DNA of 64,000 nt from Lama glama (taxonomy: Eukaryota): the NCBI GenBank assembly GCA_028534125.1, contig CM052818.1, positions 870,001 through 934,000 of the forward strand, read 5' to 3'. The position numbers were made by a program, and so were the translations under genes. Shown piece by piece: positions 1 to 12,913 of this stretch. The notes under the pieces are model-generated. The model made no database searches. It was not told the origin of the DNA and saw only the letters and a program-made list of their open reading frames with translations. Each line of letters starts with the position of its first letter. Position 1 is the first letter of the stretch.

Positions 1-565
1 ATTAAAATGATATGAGAGAAAGATATGCACTTAGTACAAAAGGTGGCAATATAAGGACTAAAGGAACAAAAAACATGAGACATACAGAAAATAAAAAGCT
101 AAACAGCAGATATAAATCCAAACATATCACTAGCACTTAATGTAAATGAATTAAATGATAAAATCAAAGGCAGTTAGACTACATGAAAAACAAGATTCAA
201 CTACATACTGTCTACAGGAGACATACTTTAGGCTGAAAATACAAACAGGTTGAAAGTAGAAGGATGAAAAAAAGATTTACCACGAAAACAATCACAAAAG
301 AGAGAGTGGCTACAGTAATATAAAAAAAAAATCAAAACAAAGGTTACTAAAGATAAAGAGGGACACTTCAGAATGATAAAAGGGTCAATCCACCAAGAAC
401 ACATAACAATAAAAAATATGCACCTAACATCAGAGTTCCAAAATACCTTAAGTAAAAACCAACAGAAATGAAGGGGAAAAGAGATAATTCAAAATAATTA
501 GACTCAAAACTAAACTTGCCAAAAGTGGATGGATCAAGATTCTGTGTGTGATTCTTAAAATACTT

Positions 566-598
<33 letters not shown>

Positions 599-2205
599 TA
601 TCAGAACAAAAGTCAATGGCATTCCTATATACCAGGAATGAACAATTGGAATTTGAAATTAAAAACATACTACCATTCACATTAGCTCCCCCCAAAATTA
701 AATACTTAGGTATAAATCTAACAAAATATGTACAAAATCTATGTGAGGGAAGCTATAAAACTCTGATGAAAGAAATCAAAGAAGAACTAATTAAACGGAC
801 AGACAGCCCATGTTCATAGTTAGAAAGACTCAAGATGGTCAACATGTCAGTTCCTCCCAACTTGCTGTATGGAGTCAATACAATTCAAAATCCAAGCAAA
901 TTATTTTGTGGATATTGACAAACTGGTTCTAAAGTTTACCTAGAGAGTCAAAAGACCCAGAAGAGCCAGCAAAAAATTGAAAAAGTCAAAGTGGGAGAAC
1001 TGATACTATCTGACTTAAAGACTTTCTGTAAAGCTACAAGTAATCAAGACAGCGCAGTATTGGCAAAAGACTAGACAAATAGATCACATAACACAACAAA
1101 GCCCAGAAATAGACCCAGATAAATAAGAGACAATTTATCTTTAACAAAAGAACAAAGGCAATGTAATGGAATAAAGACAGTCTTTCCAACAAATGGTGCT
1201 GGAACAACTGGACATCCACATGCAAAAGTGAAACGAGACACAGATTTTATACCCTTCACAAAATTTAACTCAAAATGGATCATAGATGTAAATGCTGAAT
1301 GCAAAACTGTAAAAACTATAAAACTACTAGAAGATAATATAGGAGAAAACCTGGTTGTCCTTGGGTATGGGATGACTTTTTAGGTACAACACCAAAGGCA
1401 CAATCCTTGAAAGAAATAATTGATAAGCTGGACTAACCAAAACTGAAAATTTTTGTTCTGTGAAAGACAATGTCAAGAGAATGAGAAGACAAGCCACAGA
1501 CAGGGAGATAATATTTGTATAAGACATATCTGATAAAGGCCCTTTAACCAAAATACACAAAGAACTCCTAAAACTCCACAACACAAAAACAAACAACCCA
1601 GTTAGAAAGTCGGAAATAGATCACCAAAGAAGATATACAGCTGAAAAATAAGCATATGAAAAGATGCTGAACATATTATTAGCATACAATCTGTAATCAG
1701 GCTCCTTGGGATTGACCCAGTTAGACTGAAAACATATGTCCACATAAAAACCTGCACAGGAATATTTAGCACAGCTTCACTCATAAGTGCCAAAACTTGA
1801 AAGCAACTAAGATATCCTTTAGTAGGTGAATGGATAAACTGTGGTACATCCAGACAATGTAGTATTATTCAGCACTAAAAAGAAATGAGCTACCGAGTCA
1901 TGAATATATATGGAGAAAACTATATTGTACTATAATGGTGGATACATGCCATGATACATTTGTCAAAAACCACAGAATGTACAATACCAAAAGTGAACCC
2001 TAATGTAAAGTCTGGCTTTGGATGTCAACGTAGGTTCATCTATTGTAACAAACGTACTACACTCTGGTGTGGGCTCTTTGGTGTGGTGTGGAAGAGGCTG
2101 TGCATGTGGTGTGAGGGAAGGAGGTAGAAGGAAAATCTCTGTACTGTCTGCTCAATTTTTCTTTGAAACTAAAATTGCTCTAAAAAATAAAGTCTGTTTA
2201 AAACA
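1..2205 (+). mobile_element. Decayed L1 (ORF2 fragments plus L1MC-type 3' end)
   Basis: ORF2-like peptide IKYLGINLTKYVQNL...YKTLMKEIKE at 616-819; typical L1 3' UTR; many stops and frameshifts. Confidence 0.85.
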
Positions 2206-2229
2206 ACCAAAACAAAGCTCTGCTCCAGC

Positions 2230-5200
2230 ATGCAGTGAGGAAATCATCACTCCCATCCCCACAAAAAGAAAAAAGCTGAACAAATTAAAATCAACAAATC
2301 TTCTTACATCCATCAAAGAACTGAAATCAAGGGCAAGCCACAGTCCCCAAAATTGGAGAGACAGACAAGCAGATACAGAGAATCACTACTCAATGGAACA
2401 GAATGCCAGAAGCAGATACCACCATGGGGACCAGTATTAGGGTAGGAAAGTCTAAATTGTAATTGACAAATTGCCAGAGAGTCAGGGTAGACAACCCTGA
2501 GATCAAAAAAACTCTAGGGAAATAGTCATAGAAGGGCTCCCATACTTTTACGAATTTTACTTCCAGGAACTATACCAGATTCCGACAGTTAAGATCAGAG
2601 AAAAATCTTTTGCTTTCAGCAGGGGGAGGGGGAAAAAAGCCATTCTAAAATAAGTCCAGCGCATTTTGTTCTTAACAAGGCCTGACCTCAAAAGAAACTA
2701 TTTCACCAGAGCCTAAGATTTTACCAAAGACTAAGTAAGGTAGAAGAAGGGAAATTACCAACTCCAGCCCCCTTCTAGTTTTCCTGTCTCACTTAAGGGA
2801 AAAACAATGAGAAACCCTAGTGAAGACCACAGCCTAGGGAAAGACTAAGACCTAATAATAGGACTATAGAACACCTCCCCTCACCCACTACCTTACCACT
2901 ACATCAATAGGTCTCTGATAACAGGGGACTACGAAAGAAAGAACAGACCTTACTTAAGAAGATGTCTTTAGGGAACCCAAAGACACCAGAGGAGTCAAAA
3001 ACAAGGTCACCAAAGGAAATTTTAGCCTTTGATGCCTTCAGCTACAGCAAATAATAAACACAAAATCACCTCTAACCAGATAAACATAAAACTGCACACC
3101 AACGGTCTATTTATTTTAGTTCCTTCCATATCATATTTATTCAGTACATGTCTGGCTTTCAACAAAAAATTACAAGACATACTAAAAAGACAAAAACAAA
3201 CAAAAGTTAGTTCGAAGAGATATCCTCAGGGCATCAGAACTAGCCTTAGATATGGCAGAGATGTTAAAGTGTCAGTTTGTAAAGATGAAGATTCTGGAGA
3301 TGGATGGTGGTGAAGGTTATAAAGCAATGTGAATGTACTCAATGTCACTTAAAAATGGTTAAAATGGTAAGCTTTATGTCATTTACATGTTACCACAACT
3401 AGAAAAAATAAATAAATCAAGATGAAAAAAAGAAATGAGCTACAAAACCATGAAAAGACATGAGGAAGAACCTTAAATACAACGCACACTGCTAAGTGAA
3501 AGAAGCTATTTTGAAAAGGCTACATACATACATACTGCACGATTCTAACTATGACTTTCTGGAGAAAAGCAAAACTGTGGAGCAGTAAAAATGTCAGCAG
3601 TTGCCAAGGTTTCAGAGGAAGGGAGGGACTAACAGAGCACAGGGATTTTTAGGCAGTGAAACTATTCTGTGTGATATGGTAATAGTTGGTATATGTCATA
3701 TGTATGATAAATGATACATTTGTCAAAACCCATAGAATGTACAAAAAGTGAACCCTAATACAAATGATGGACTTTAATTAATAATAAAGTACAAGAGGGA
3801 AGGTTATAGCTCAAGTAGTAGAGCACATGCTTAGCATACACGAAGTCCTGGGTTCAATCCCCAGCATCTCCTCTAAAAAAATAAATAAATAAGTTAACCT
3901 AATTACCTCCCTCCCCAAAAAACAAATGAACAGAAATAATGTATCAATACTGAATTACCAATTACAACACCTTAATGTATCACCTTAATGCAAGATGTTA
4001 ATAATAAAAAAAAAATAGGGGAGGGGGAAAAGATAAATGGGAATTCTGTTACTTTCTGCTAAATATAAAACTGCTCCAAAAAAAAAAGTATTAATTAAAA
4101 AAACAAAAGGATAGACACCTTTTTGTCTTGTGATAAGACCAACAAGGAAATACAAGATGTGAACACCACTGTAAACAAATTATATCTATGGATATTATAG
4201 AATACTCTACCCTAGAGCAGCAGAATGCACATTCTTCTCAGCAAACATGGAACAACTCCAGGAGAGATCATATGTAAGACCACAAAAGAAGCCTCAAATC
4301 TTTTTGAATAATTGAAACTGTGGAAAATATACTCCCCAGCCAAAATGGAATAAAATTAGAAGTCAGTAACAGAAGGAAATTGAGGAAATTCACAAATATG
4401 TAGAAATTAAGAGACTCTTAAATAACCAATGGGTTAAAAAAAAGAAATCACAAAGAGAATTTTCAAATATTTTGAGATAGAAACAGGTAGAAAAAACCCA
4501 AATGTCCATCAGCTCATGAATGAATAAACAAAATGCAGCATATACATACAATGGAATATTATTAAGTCATAAAAAGGAATGAAATACTGATGTTATATAT
4601 ATACATGGATGTTTCCTTAAAACATTTTATGCTAAGTGAAAGAAGCCAGTCATAAAAGATCACATATTATATGATTCCATTTATATTCAACAGGCAAATC
4701 TAAAGAGAGAGAAAGCAGATTAATGGTTACTTAGAGAAATGGAAGCTAGAGGGGTGATAAAGTATACAGGGTTTCTTTTTAAGGTAACGAAAATGCTCTA
4801 AAATTGACTGTGGTGACAGTTGCACATATCTATTAGTATACTGAAACCCACTGAATTATGCACTTTAAATTAAGGGTAAGTTGTATGGTATATGACATAT
4901 CTCAACAAAGGTGTTAAACATGCTTTAAAATAAGCCAGTTAAGCTTTCAACAAATTAAGTAAAAATAAATAAACCAAAATAAATCTAGGGAAATAGTGAA
5001 AGATGAAACTGCAATTAACAAGTTAAATGACAGAAAGCAATAGAATTAAATCTAAATCTAAGAGCTGTTTCCTAGGATGAACAAAATAAATCCATAGCTA
5101 GTCAGATAAACAGAAAAAACATAATAACACAAACTCAGGAATGAGAAATGGAAATAACCACAGATACAACGAAAAAAATAAAGAATGCTATGTAGCACTC

Positions 5201-5650
5201 CATTATAATTAACTACAAACCTTTGCTGAAATGATTTGCTAGAAAAATCATAAATTACCAAAATTAACCCAAAGAAAGTGAGAGTATATATAGATTATAA
5301 CCCTGAAAGGAATCCAGAGGCAAAGTAGTTTCACCAGTGATAATTTTTCAAACATGCAAGAAAAATTCTTACATTTCTTAAACTGTTCCAAGACATAGAA
5401 AAATAAAAATCTTCCCAGTATCTTGCATGAAAACGGCATAATTCAGATGCCAAATTTGACAAAGACAGGTCAAGAAAGCAACTTTTTAAAAACTTAAAAC
5501 CATTATCATTATAAAATATCTGAAAATAAAATCCAGTACTTCCTTAAGAGAAAAACACACTGTAATTGATAGTTTTTATCCTAAGAGCACAAGAAAGGAT
5601 TAACACAAGAATAAAATCTGTATTAATAGTTCAAAAAAGACTAAGAAGTG
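2230..5650 (+). mobile_element. Nested old L1 fragments (5' region, ORF2 pieces, L1MB/MC-type 3' ends)
   Basis: A-rich L1-like segments and recognisable 3' UTR motifs (atgctaagtgaaagaagcc, atgattccatttatat). Confidence 0.7.
3796..3930 (+). mobile_element. tRNA-derived camelid SINE (Vic-1-like)
   Basis: A box TAGCTCAAGTAGT, B box GGTTCAATCC, family 3' motif aacctaattacctcc, A-rich tail. Confidence 0.85.
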
Positions 5651-5858
5651 TACAGTGTAGATAAATTTGGAGATAAAGAGCAAGAAGGAGAAGGGGTTCA
5701 GGCCTGAGTTCTTTCCTTCTATGAAATGGTAACCTGCTGATGGGAGGATGAACACTGCATGAGGGCTAGAGGATGAGAGTGAAAATGCAGAAAAAGCTGA
5801 GGGAGGAAACACAAAGATTTCCAAGCACTGTTGATGACCCAGTTAAAAGCTGGAGACT

Positions 5859-6201
5859 ACGAGGTCAAAGGGTACGAACTTCCAATTATAGGATAAATAA
5901 GTGCTAGGGATGTAATGTACAACATGATAAATATAATTAACACTGCTATATGTTGTATATGAAGATTAAATCCTAAGACTAAATCCTAAGACTTCTCACC
6001 ACCAGAAGAAAAAACTTTTTTCTATTTCTTTAATTTTCTATGTATATGAGATGATGGATGTTCACTAAACTTACTGTGATAATCATTTCATGATGCATAT
6101 AAGTCAAATCATTACACTGTATACCTTAAATGTATACAGTGCTATATGTTAATTATATCTCAATAAAACTGGAAGAAAATAAATAATAAAAATACAAAAT
6201 A
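5859..6201 (+). mobile_element. L1 3' end (L1MA9-like) with TSD
   Basis: L1 3' UTR ending tatctcaataaaactgg plus A-rich tail; flanked by aaaag(c/t)tggagac. Confidence 0.8.
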
Positions 6202-6284
6202 AAAAGTTGGAGACCAACAATTTCTAGTGATACCAATACACACAATTATTTTCCCCAGTATAGTTCAGAAATTTAGGCTCATGA

Positions 6285-6364
6285 CTGAAAAATTGTGTTG
6301 AACACTGGAATTTGACACAACATTGTAAAATGATTACAAATCAATAAAAAAATGTTAAAAAAAA
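6285..6364 (+). mobile_element. 80-bp 5'-truncated young L1 tail
   Basis: gacacaacattgtaaaatgattacaaatcaataaaa plus poly(A); perfect 18-bp TSD agaaatttaggctcatga (6267-6284, 6365-6382). Confidence 0.85.
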
Positions 6365-7159
6365 AGAAATTTAGGCTCATGAACTACAAGGAGAGGTATC
6401 TAAAATTGTCCATGTTTAGTGGTCTGCAGGACCAACATAAGACCAACAAAGAAAAGGTTCTGAAGCACCCACTTTCCTGAACTCTTAAAAAGACCCAGGT
6501 GTTAAGGCTGGTCACATTTTGCATTGAATTTAAACAGTTTCATGCCTTAGCACAGTGTCACTAACCGGACTTGTGAACTTAATGAGTATCTTACACATTA
6601 CCACTAGAACATCCTTATTGTCCAGTGAGAGATAGATGAGAATGAATCAAATATTACAATTTTGTCATTTAACTTGAGACTAAACTGAATGAAATTAATG
6701 TTTCCTACCGCTTCTCTTCCTTTGACTCTACTGCATTAAACACCACACAACAAATTCATCTTCAAAACCTTTATAGTTCATAAATTTCTAGCAAGAGACT
6801 TAATGCCAGCAAATTTTAATGTCAGTGAACTAAAAAAATTAAAAATTACCTTAATACTCTTTATATAATCTGAAAATTACCTTTAATACAGCACATCATC
6901 TATACCTTTAAATACCCTCCAGGGTAAATATGAGAATATACAATTTCTCTCAAAAAACAAACAAAAAGCACCTCTAAGGAAAAACACTCTGGGCTCTAAG
7001 AAGCAAGATTTTCTATTACATATAGATCACTGTTAAAAAGGATAATAATTTTTTCACACTGGCTGTAGTAAGAGTTAAAGTGGTTTAATTAAAATATTCT
7101 TCTAGTAATATTAAATTTAAATATTAACAGTTATTAAAATAAGAAGTCATAGAACAAAA

Positions 7160-8162
7160 TTGAAGTTAGGAGACCTCATCCACAAGTGTGGCTTTAATTA
7201 TGACCCATATGCAGATAACTTACAAGTTGAAATCTCTAGCCCAGACCCCTCCTCTAATCTCCAAAACCAAACTCACAATCTTAACACCTATCACCCCCAC
7301 CCCCAACAATGGCCACCACCCCACCACAAACTTGGCCATATTTCAATTATCTGGCACAACCATTTATCCAATAACCTAACACTTGGACACCTTCTTGCCC
7401 TCATGGTCCACATCTAATTCATTATTAGTGCAATGATAATGTAAAATTAGTGCTATCAGTGTGATTATTTTACTTCTTAAATATCTCTCAAATCAGTCCA
7501 CTTTTCTCTACATCCCAACAACACTTCCCTATTCCAGAATATCATCATCATTTGCCCAGCAATACTGCATTCTAACTAGCATCCCTGACTTATTACTGCT
7601 GCTCCCCACTTCACACTGCTGTCAAAGCTGTTCTCTGCTACAGTGGTCTTTCTGAAAACACAAATCTTATCATATACACCTCTTTGTTTAAAACATTTTC
7701 AGCAACTTCCCAAAATCCCCGAAATAAAGCTCCCCAATCCCTGGCAGAGCACAGAAATCCTTGAAGTCGGTACTCAACCCATACTGGTTTTTGGTTCCTT
7801 GAAAATGTCATGCTCTAACAGTACCTTTCCATGTGCCTTTCGCTCAGCCAGAAGGCTTTCCTTTCCCCCTCTGCCTGGTTAATCTTAACCTGTTTTCAGA
7901 TCTCAGCTCTATCATAACTTCCTCAGGGAAGTTTTCCCCAGCTTCACTGACAAGGTCAGATTCCCTTACTGTATGTTTTCAAAGCATCTCAGCAACTAAC
8001 AGTTTTCCTTTTATTTATGTGACCAACTGAATTTTGCCTGCCTTTCCCTCTAGACTCTATACGCTAGAAAGGCAGAGATAAAAAATATTTGGGTTCACCA
8101 AGATTTCACAGCATCTAGAACAATGTGTGGTCCATGCTCAGTAGCATATGTTCAATGAATTA
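7160..8162 (+). mobile_element. L2 3' portion
   Basis: L2 motifs (ggctttaattatgacccatatgcagat...agcccagac) and terminal tgttcaatgaat. Confidence 0.75.
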
Positions 8163-8227
8163 AGTACCAACCGGAATATTTACCAGGCAAAACAACAACT
8201 TCTGCTCTTTAATGATCAACAGTCTAC

Positions 8228-8414
8228 GGCATGTCCAGTAGAACTTTCTGAAATGATAAAATTATTATACACCTATACTGTCCAATTACATAGCTACTAG
8301 TCAAGTGCGGCTACTGAGCACTTGAAAAGTGGTTAGTACAATTTATATTTAATGTTAACAAATTACGTTGTAAAGAGCCACACGAGGCTATGACTTCTGC
8401 ACTGAACAGCACAG
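8228..8414. mobile_element. MER3-like hAT DNA transposon
   Basis: tgtccagtagaactttctgaaatgat...gctactgagcacttgaaa...acagcacag matches the MER3 pattern. Confidence 0.7.
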
Positions 8415-9307
8415 GTCTATATAGTCTTTTCTGTCTTTTCTATTGTTGTAGCGTGCTGTTACACTCTGCACAGTGGACATCTTCTGTAAGGAACAGTCCT
8501 AGACAATAAAGCCTAGGCTTCTTTTTGTCCCCACAATGTACCTTTCACAGAATAGAAACTTAATAAATGTCTGATGACTTGCTATCCGAATTGTATAGAA
8601 AAACTTTTTTTTTTTTTGCTTTCTGAAAGGGAATTAATTAAACGCAGTTATTTTCAAAATGATCTTCAGGAGCCAACCATAAAATCAGCTGTTTCTAGTT
8701 TCTCAGACTATTGGGAGCTGCAGCGTTAAGCCTCCAGCATTTCTAAGCCCCTCCTACAGGCTGGGGACTCCTTTATTGCTACAAAAGAGGGGCCTCTAGA
8801 GACTGACTACTCACGCGGTGTACACAATTCACACTTACTCCCTCAAGGGGAGTCCCGCCCTCCAAGCAAACTAATCTCCTACTTGTCTCCTCAACAAGAT
8901 AGTCCCCGGGCAACCACCCTCTCCACCCGTACACGCCCCCTTTCTCCTCCTTCAGGGTATGATAAGCCCCGCCTCCTCCCCAAAGCGTTTCTTAACTACC
9001 CCCACGTTGGGAACCCTGTCTCCTCTGAACATCAGGTGTAGTTCAAAACAGCCGGGGCCCGTCGAGGGGGAGGGAACAAGAGAGGTCTTTGTCAGAAAGA
9101 ACGGGAACCTGTAAGCAGTCGGCCGGAACCTGGACAAGAACAGGGCCCCAGGAGGCGAGACGGCCCCTACTATCCTTTAAAGGCGCGCGTATTATCTGTC
9201 AGGCACCGGGACAGGCACCGAGCGGGAAGGAGCCGGCAGGAAGGAGCCCAGGGACCGCCCGCCACCCGGCCCGACGGCGGCCCACACGGTCCCCGGCTTC
9301 GGCTCAC

Positions 9308-9610
9308 CTGCTCCGGCCTGGTCAGCTCGCCCTCGGAGTAGCGGTGCCTCGGGAGCGACGGCGGCGGCAGCGACCCGCCGGGGTGCGCCTGCAGCCAGGC
9401 CTTGGCCTCCTCGTCGTCCTCGTCGTCCGTACTCTCCCGACGCTGGCTCTCAAAGTTAAAGTCCGCGTCCAGCCTGCGCCCCTCCTCTTCCTCCACCTCC
9501 TCCACCATCACCACCTCATCCTCTTCCAAGTTCTCCGCCTCCTCCGCCTCCTCCTCCTCCTCCTCGTCCTCCTCGAGCTCGCCCGGCCACGGCAGGTCCT
9601 CCGGCTCCAT
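9308..9610 (-). CDS. ALMS1: ALMS1 (Alstrom syndrome centrosome/basal body protein) coding exon 1, 101 codons, phase 0
   Basis: Translation MEPEDLPWPGELEEDEEEEEE...DDEEAKAWLQAHPG...RYSEGE matches the ALMS1 N-terminus as I recall it. Strong Kozak (aacATGG); splice donor CAG|GTGAGC at 9308/9307; lies in a CpG island. Confidence 0.95.
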
Positions 9611-9690
9611 GTTGGTGTCTCACTCTCGGAGGCTGAGGAGGAGAGGGGGAGGGGAGGGAGGGGGAGACAGCCGACCGGCTGTTGCGGCCG

Positions 9691-9702
9691 CGCGCAGGCG
9701 CA
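9691..9702. promoter_or_regulatory. NRF1-like site
   Basis: CGCGCAGGCGCA resembles YGCGCAYGCGCR. Confidence 0.5.
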
Positions 9703-9745
9703 AAGGCCACTGCCGCCTCGCGCCCCGCGGCGCGGCGCCTCGAAC

Positions 9746-9755
9746 GGGGCGGGGC
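9746..9755. promoter_or_regulatory. Sp1/KLF GC box (second one at 9792-9801)
   Basis: GGGGCGGGGC consensus; GGGGGCGGGC on the other side of the X-box. Confidence 0.65.
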
Positions 9756-9772
9756 AGGGAGTGAGCGCGCGC

Positions 9773-9786
9773 GTTGCCAAGGACGC
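9773..9786. promoter_or_regulatory. RFX X-box
   Basis: GTTGCCAAGGACGC with a perfect GTTGCC/GGCAAC half-site, ~165 bp upstream of the ALMS1 ATG; ALMS1 is a known RFX-regulated ciliary gene. Confidence 0.75.
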
Positions 9787-10109
9787 CCCGCGGGGGCGGG
9801 CGGGAAGGCCCGAGGTGCCTGGCTGGCTGCTGCGACGCCGACGCCTCCCCCTCGTCACGGCCTGGGATCTTGCTCACAGTGCTGAAAGCTCACAATAAAC
9901 GCGGTCTGGGCTCCTGTCCCGGGAGGGGAGTCAAATTTAGTTCTTGATTGGGCTGGGCCAAACTGAATTTTGCCCCTGCATCATGGGAAGATCAGACCCT
10001 GGGACAAGCCCAAGATAACCAAACTTGTAAATTATAAATGTTTAAAGACCGAGTGCCTAATGTATGACAGGCTGTATCATGGGCACTTGAATCTATCAGT
10101 GGAAAAGTG

Positions 10110-10450
10110 TCAGAAGCAGTAGAGGGGTTAAGAACTGGGCTCTGGTATCAGAAAGATGGGAGTTTGAATCCTAACACGGCCACTTAGCAGTGAGACTAAG
10201 CCCCGGGGAGACGAGTGTAATAGGCCATCTCAGGATGGTTTTGATAATTAAAGGAGGTAACCGATGTAAACGACTTAGTGGTAGGTATTATTCGTTGATT
10301 ATTGTACAGTAACATTAAATACTTAGAGTTCTGTGAGACAAGGATTATTACCCTTTTGTATTTGAAGAATTTAAGGCTCAGAAAAATAACTTGTGCAAAG
10401 TCTCTTACCTAGTAAGTGGCTGGCAGTGCTATCCCAGGTCTTCTGTAAGT
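10110..10450. mobile_element. Two MIR fragments in opposite orientations
   Basis: tttgaatcctaac...ccacttagcag on +; reverse MIR core (attattacccttttg...aaggctcaga) after 10310. Confidence 0.6.
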
Positions 10451-10549
10451 CCACTAACTGCCCTCGTCCAGGCCTATCAGCTAATAAAGGAAAAGAGAGC
10501 AAACATTTATGCTGATAGTACATACATTTTGGGGCTAGTAATGATTTTT

Positions 10550-11730
10550 GAAATGCTTTAGAAACAAAGATTTCTCCACCTACCACTTAAGAACCCCTAC
10601 AAAATGAATGACAAATTAGAGAATCTTGAAATGCTTTGCTATTACCTAAGGAGATAGCCACAATTAAAATGGAGTTCAGCAAAAATTCTTCATGGTTTTA
10701 CTCAAAAGCAGAGACACATTGGCAATAATACTGATAATTTAGGGATATTGCCAAGGATGTGGGTCCTATAAACCAATGACTCAATCCTGGGAAAACTCCA
10801 AAGATAGAATATACACTGGAGCCCAAAGCCTCAGGGCTCCTTGAAACACCTCTAAATGAACTGTGAGTACATTCAAATACAATTCATGAGATAGGTTGAG
10901 GCTTTTCCTTGCTGGAGAGGCATGGCTGTAATGGTAGGGAAAAAATTGCTTTTTTTTATATTTCTGACTTGAGAAATCCCAATGTACCTTTCCAGTAACC
11001 GAATCACACATTTCACTGATACTGTCACTAAATAATTCTGTAAAGATTACCATTCACTTAGAAACCCCACTGTCCTTATCATCCACAAATATCAGGAAAA
11101 ATAAAGAGAACTAGTAGAATTATAAAACTAACCATCAAAGGTCTCAGAAACCCTGAAACTTTCAAGGCCCAAAGAACTTCTGCTTACCTTGATAGCAATA
11201 ACATGAACCATCCTAGGACTTACATAACTCCTTCGGAGTTAATAACAGGCTGCCTCATGTATCTGGGAATTACTTGCAGTACTAGACTCTATCTTAATAC
11301 AAGCTGATATGACTAATTGCTGCAGGGAACCCACACAATAACTCCTGCTTTATCAACAATGGGTAGAAGCTGCGTTTCCAAAGCACTCACCGAAGCAGCC
11401 TTTGCATGATCTGAAATGGAGATTTGTGCTTTCTGAAAAAATGTCAGAAGAAAATTTCCCTTGAAACTCAGTGGAAAAGACCTTATTAGGCACTGTTAAC
11501 AACTGATCCAGCAGTAAAATTCCAAGGCATTGATCTTGGCTTAATGTTTCCCAGCCAAAAATACATTCATCATTTTTCCTCACTACAGGACATCCATTCC
11601 ACTGAAAGATCTCAGACTGAAAATTCTGAGTATGGAAATGGACAGCTTGTGCCCATGACAACAGAACAAGATTAATTTTATGATTCTTCAGCATCCTTTA
11701 CCCTACCACTAATCTTGCCTATTATTTGAC
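10550..11730 (+). mobile_element. Decayed ERV1-class internal sequence (integrase region)
   Basis: Residual integrase motifs on +: VEAFPC (10895-10912), SSNRITHFT, HCPYHPQ (11068-11088); broken frames. Confidence 0.7.
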
Positions 11731-11732
11731 CA

Positions 11733-12911
11733 CCTTTTTTTTTTATAGAAGTTTAGTTGATTTACAATGTTGTGTTACTTTCTGGTATACAGCATAGTGA
11801 TTCAGTTATACATATATATTCTTTTTCATATTCTTTTTCACTATAGGTTATTAAAAGATATTGAATGTATTTCCCCATGCTATACATTAGGACTTTATTG
11901 TTTATCTATTCTGTATACAGTACTTTGTATCTGCCAATCCCAAACTCCTTATTTATCCCTCCCCCTCTTTCCCCTTTGGTAACCATAAGTTTGTTTTTTA
12001 TGTCTGTGATTCTTTTTCTGTTTTGTAATAAGTTCATTTGTATCATTTTTTAAGATTCCACATATAAGTGATATGATATTTCTCTTGGTCTGACTTACTT
12101 CACTCAGTATGATAATCTCTAGGTCCATTCATGTTGCTGCAAATGGCATTATTTTATTCTTTTTATGGCTGAGTGTATATATGTGTATGCATATATATGT
12201 ATGTATATGTATATGTGTATATATATACCCACACACACACCATATCTTCTTTATACAATCATTTGTTGATGGACATGATGGACATTTAGGTTGCTTTCAT
12301 GTCTTGGCTATTGTATATAGTGCTGCTGTGAATGTTGGGGTACATGTATCTTTTTGAATTGGAGATTTCATCCTTTCCAGATATATGGCCAGGAGTGGGA
12401 TTGCTGGATCATATGGTAAATCTATTTTTAGTTTTTTAAGGACTCTTCATACTGTTTTCCATAATGGATGCACCAAAGTACACTCCCGCTAACACTGAGG
12501 AGGGTTCCCTTTTCTCCACAGCCTCTCCAGCATTTATTGTCTGTGGACTTTTGAATGATGGCCATTCTGACTGGTGTGAGGTGATACTACCCCATTGTAG
12601 CTTTGATTTGCATTTCTCTGATAATTAGCCGTATTGAACACCTTTTCATGTGCCTATTGGCCATCTGTATGTCTTCTTTGGAGAAATGTCTGTTTAGGTC
12701 TTCCGCCCATTTTTTGATTGGGTTGCTTGTTTTTCTGTTGAGTTCTATGAGCTGTTTGTATAGTCTGGAAATTAATCCTTTATCAATCTAATTATTTGCA
12801 AATATTTTCTCCCATTCTGGAGGTTATCTTTTCATTTTGTTTATGGCTTCCTTTGCTGTGCAAAAGCTTATAAATTTTATTAGGCCCCATTTGTTTATTT
12901 TTGCCTTTATT
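11733..12911 (-). mobile_element. L1 3' end (artiodactyl/camelid type)
   Basis: Poly(T) at left, antisense L1 3' UTR and ORF2 C-terminus; internal TA/CA-rich tract 12175-12240. Confidence 0.9.
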
Positions 12912-12913
12912 TC

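Larger units (their letters stand above)
1..9307 (-). other. ALMS1: ALMS1 intron 1 (partial, runs off window start)
   Basis: Downstream of the exon-1 donor on the minus strand; repeat-filled; no recognisable exon 2 seen. Confidence 0.8.
9050..9930. promoter_or_regulatory. ALMS1: CpG island / ALMS1 promoter and 5' UTR
   Basis: Abrupt GC- and CpG-rich stretch in AT-rich, CpG-depleted surroundings, spanning exon 1. Confidence 0.9.

Noticed and set aside
3796..3930. tRNA-like sequences (also at 12914, 24003, 24171, 30324) as tRNA genes
   Set aside because: Diverged, A-tailed and mostly TSD-flanked with a shared 3' motif: these are SINEs.
9170..9307. C-terminal 45 aa of the 146-aa ORF
   Set aside because: Lies past the GTGAGC donor; intronic read-through, not ALMS1 protein.
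9089..9898. 269-aa plus-strand ORF and other ORFs over the CpG island
   Set aside because: Non-ATG start, low complexity; antisense or alternative-frame shadows of GC-rich ALMS1 exon 1.
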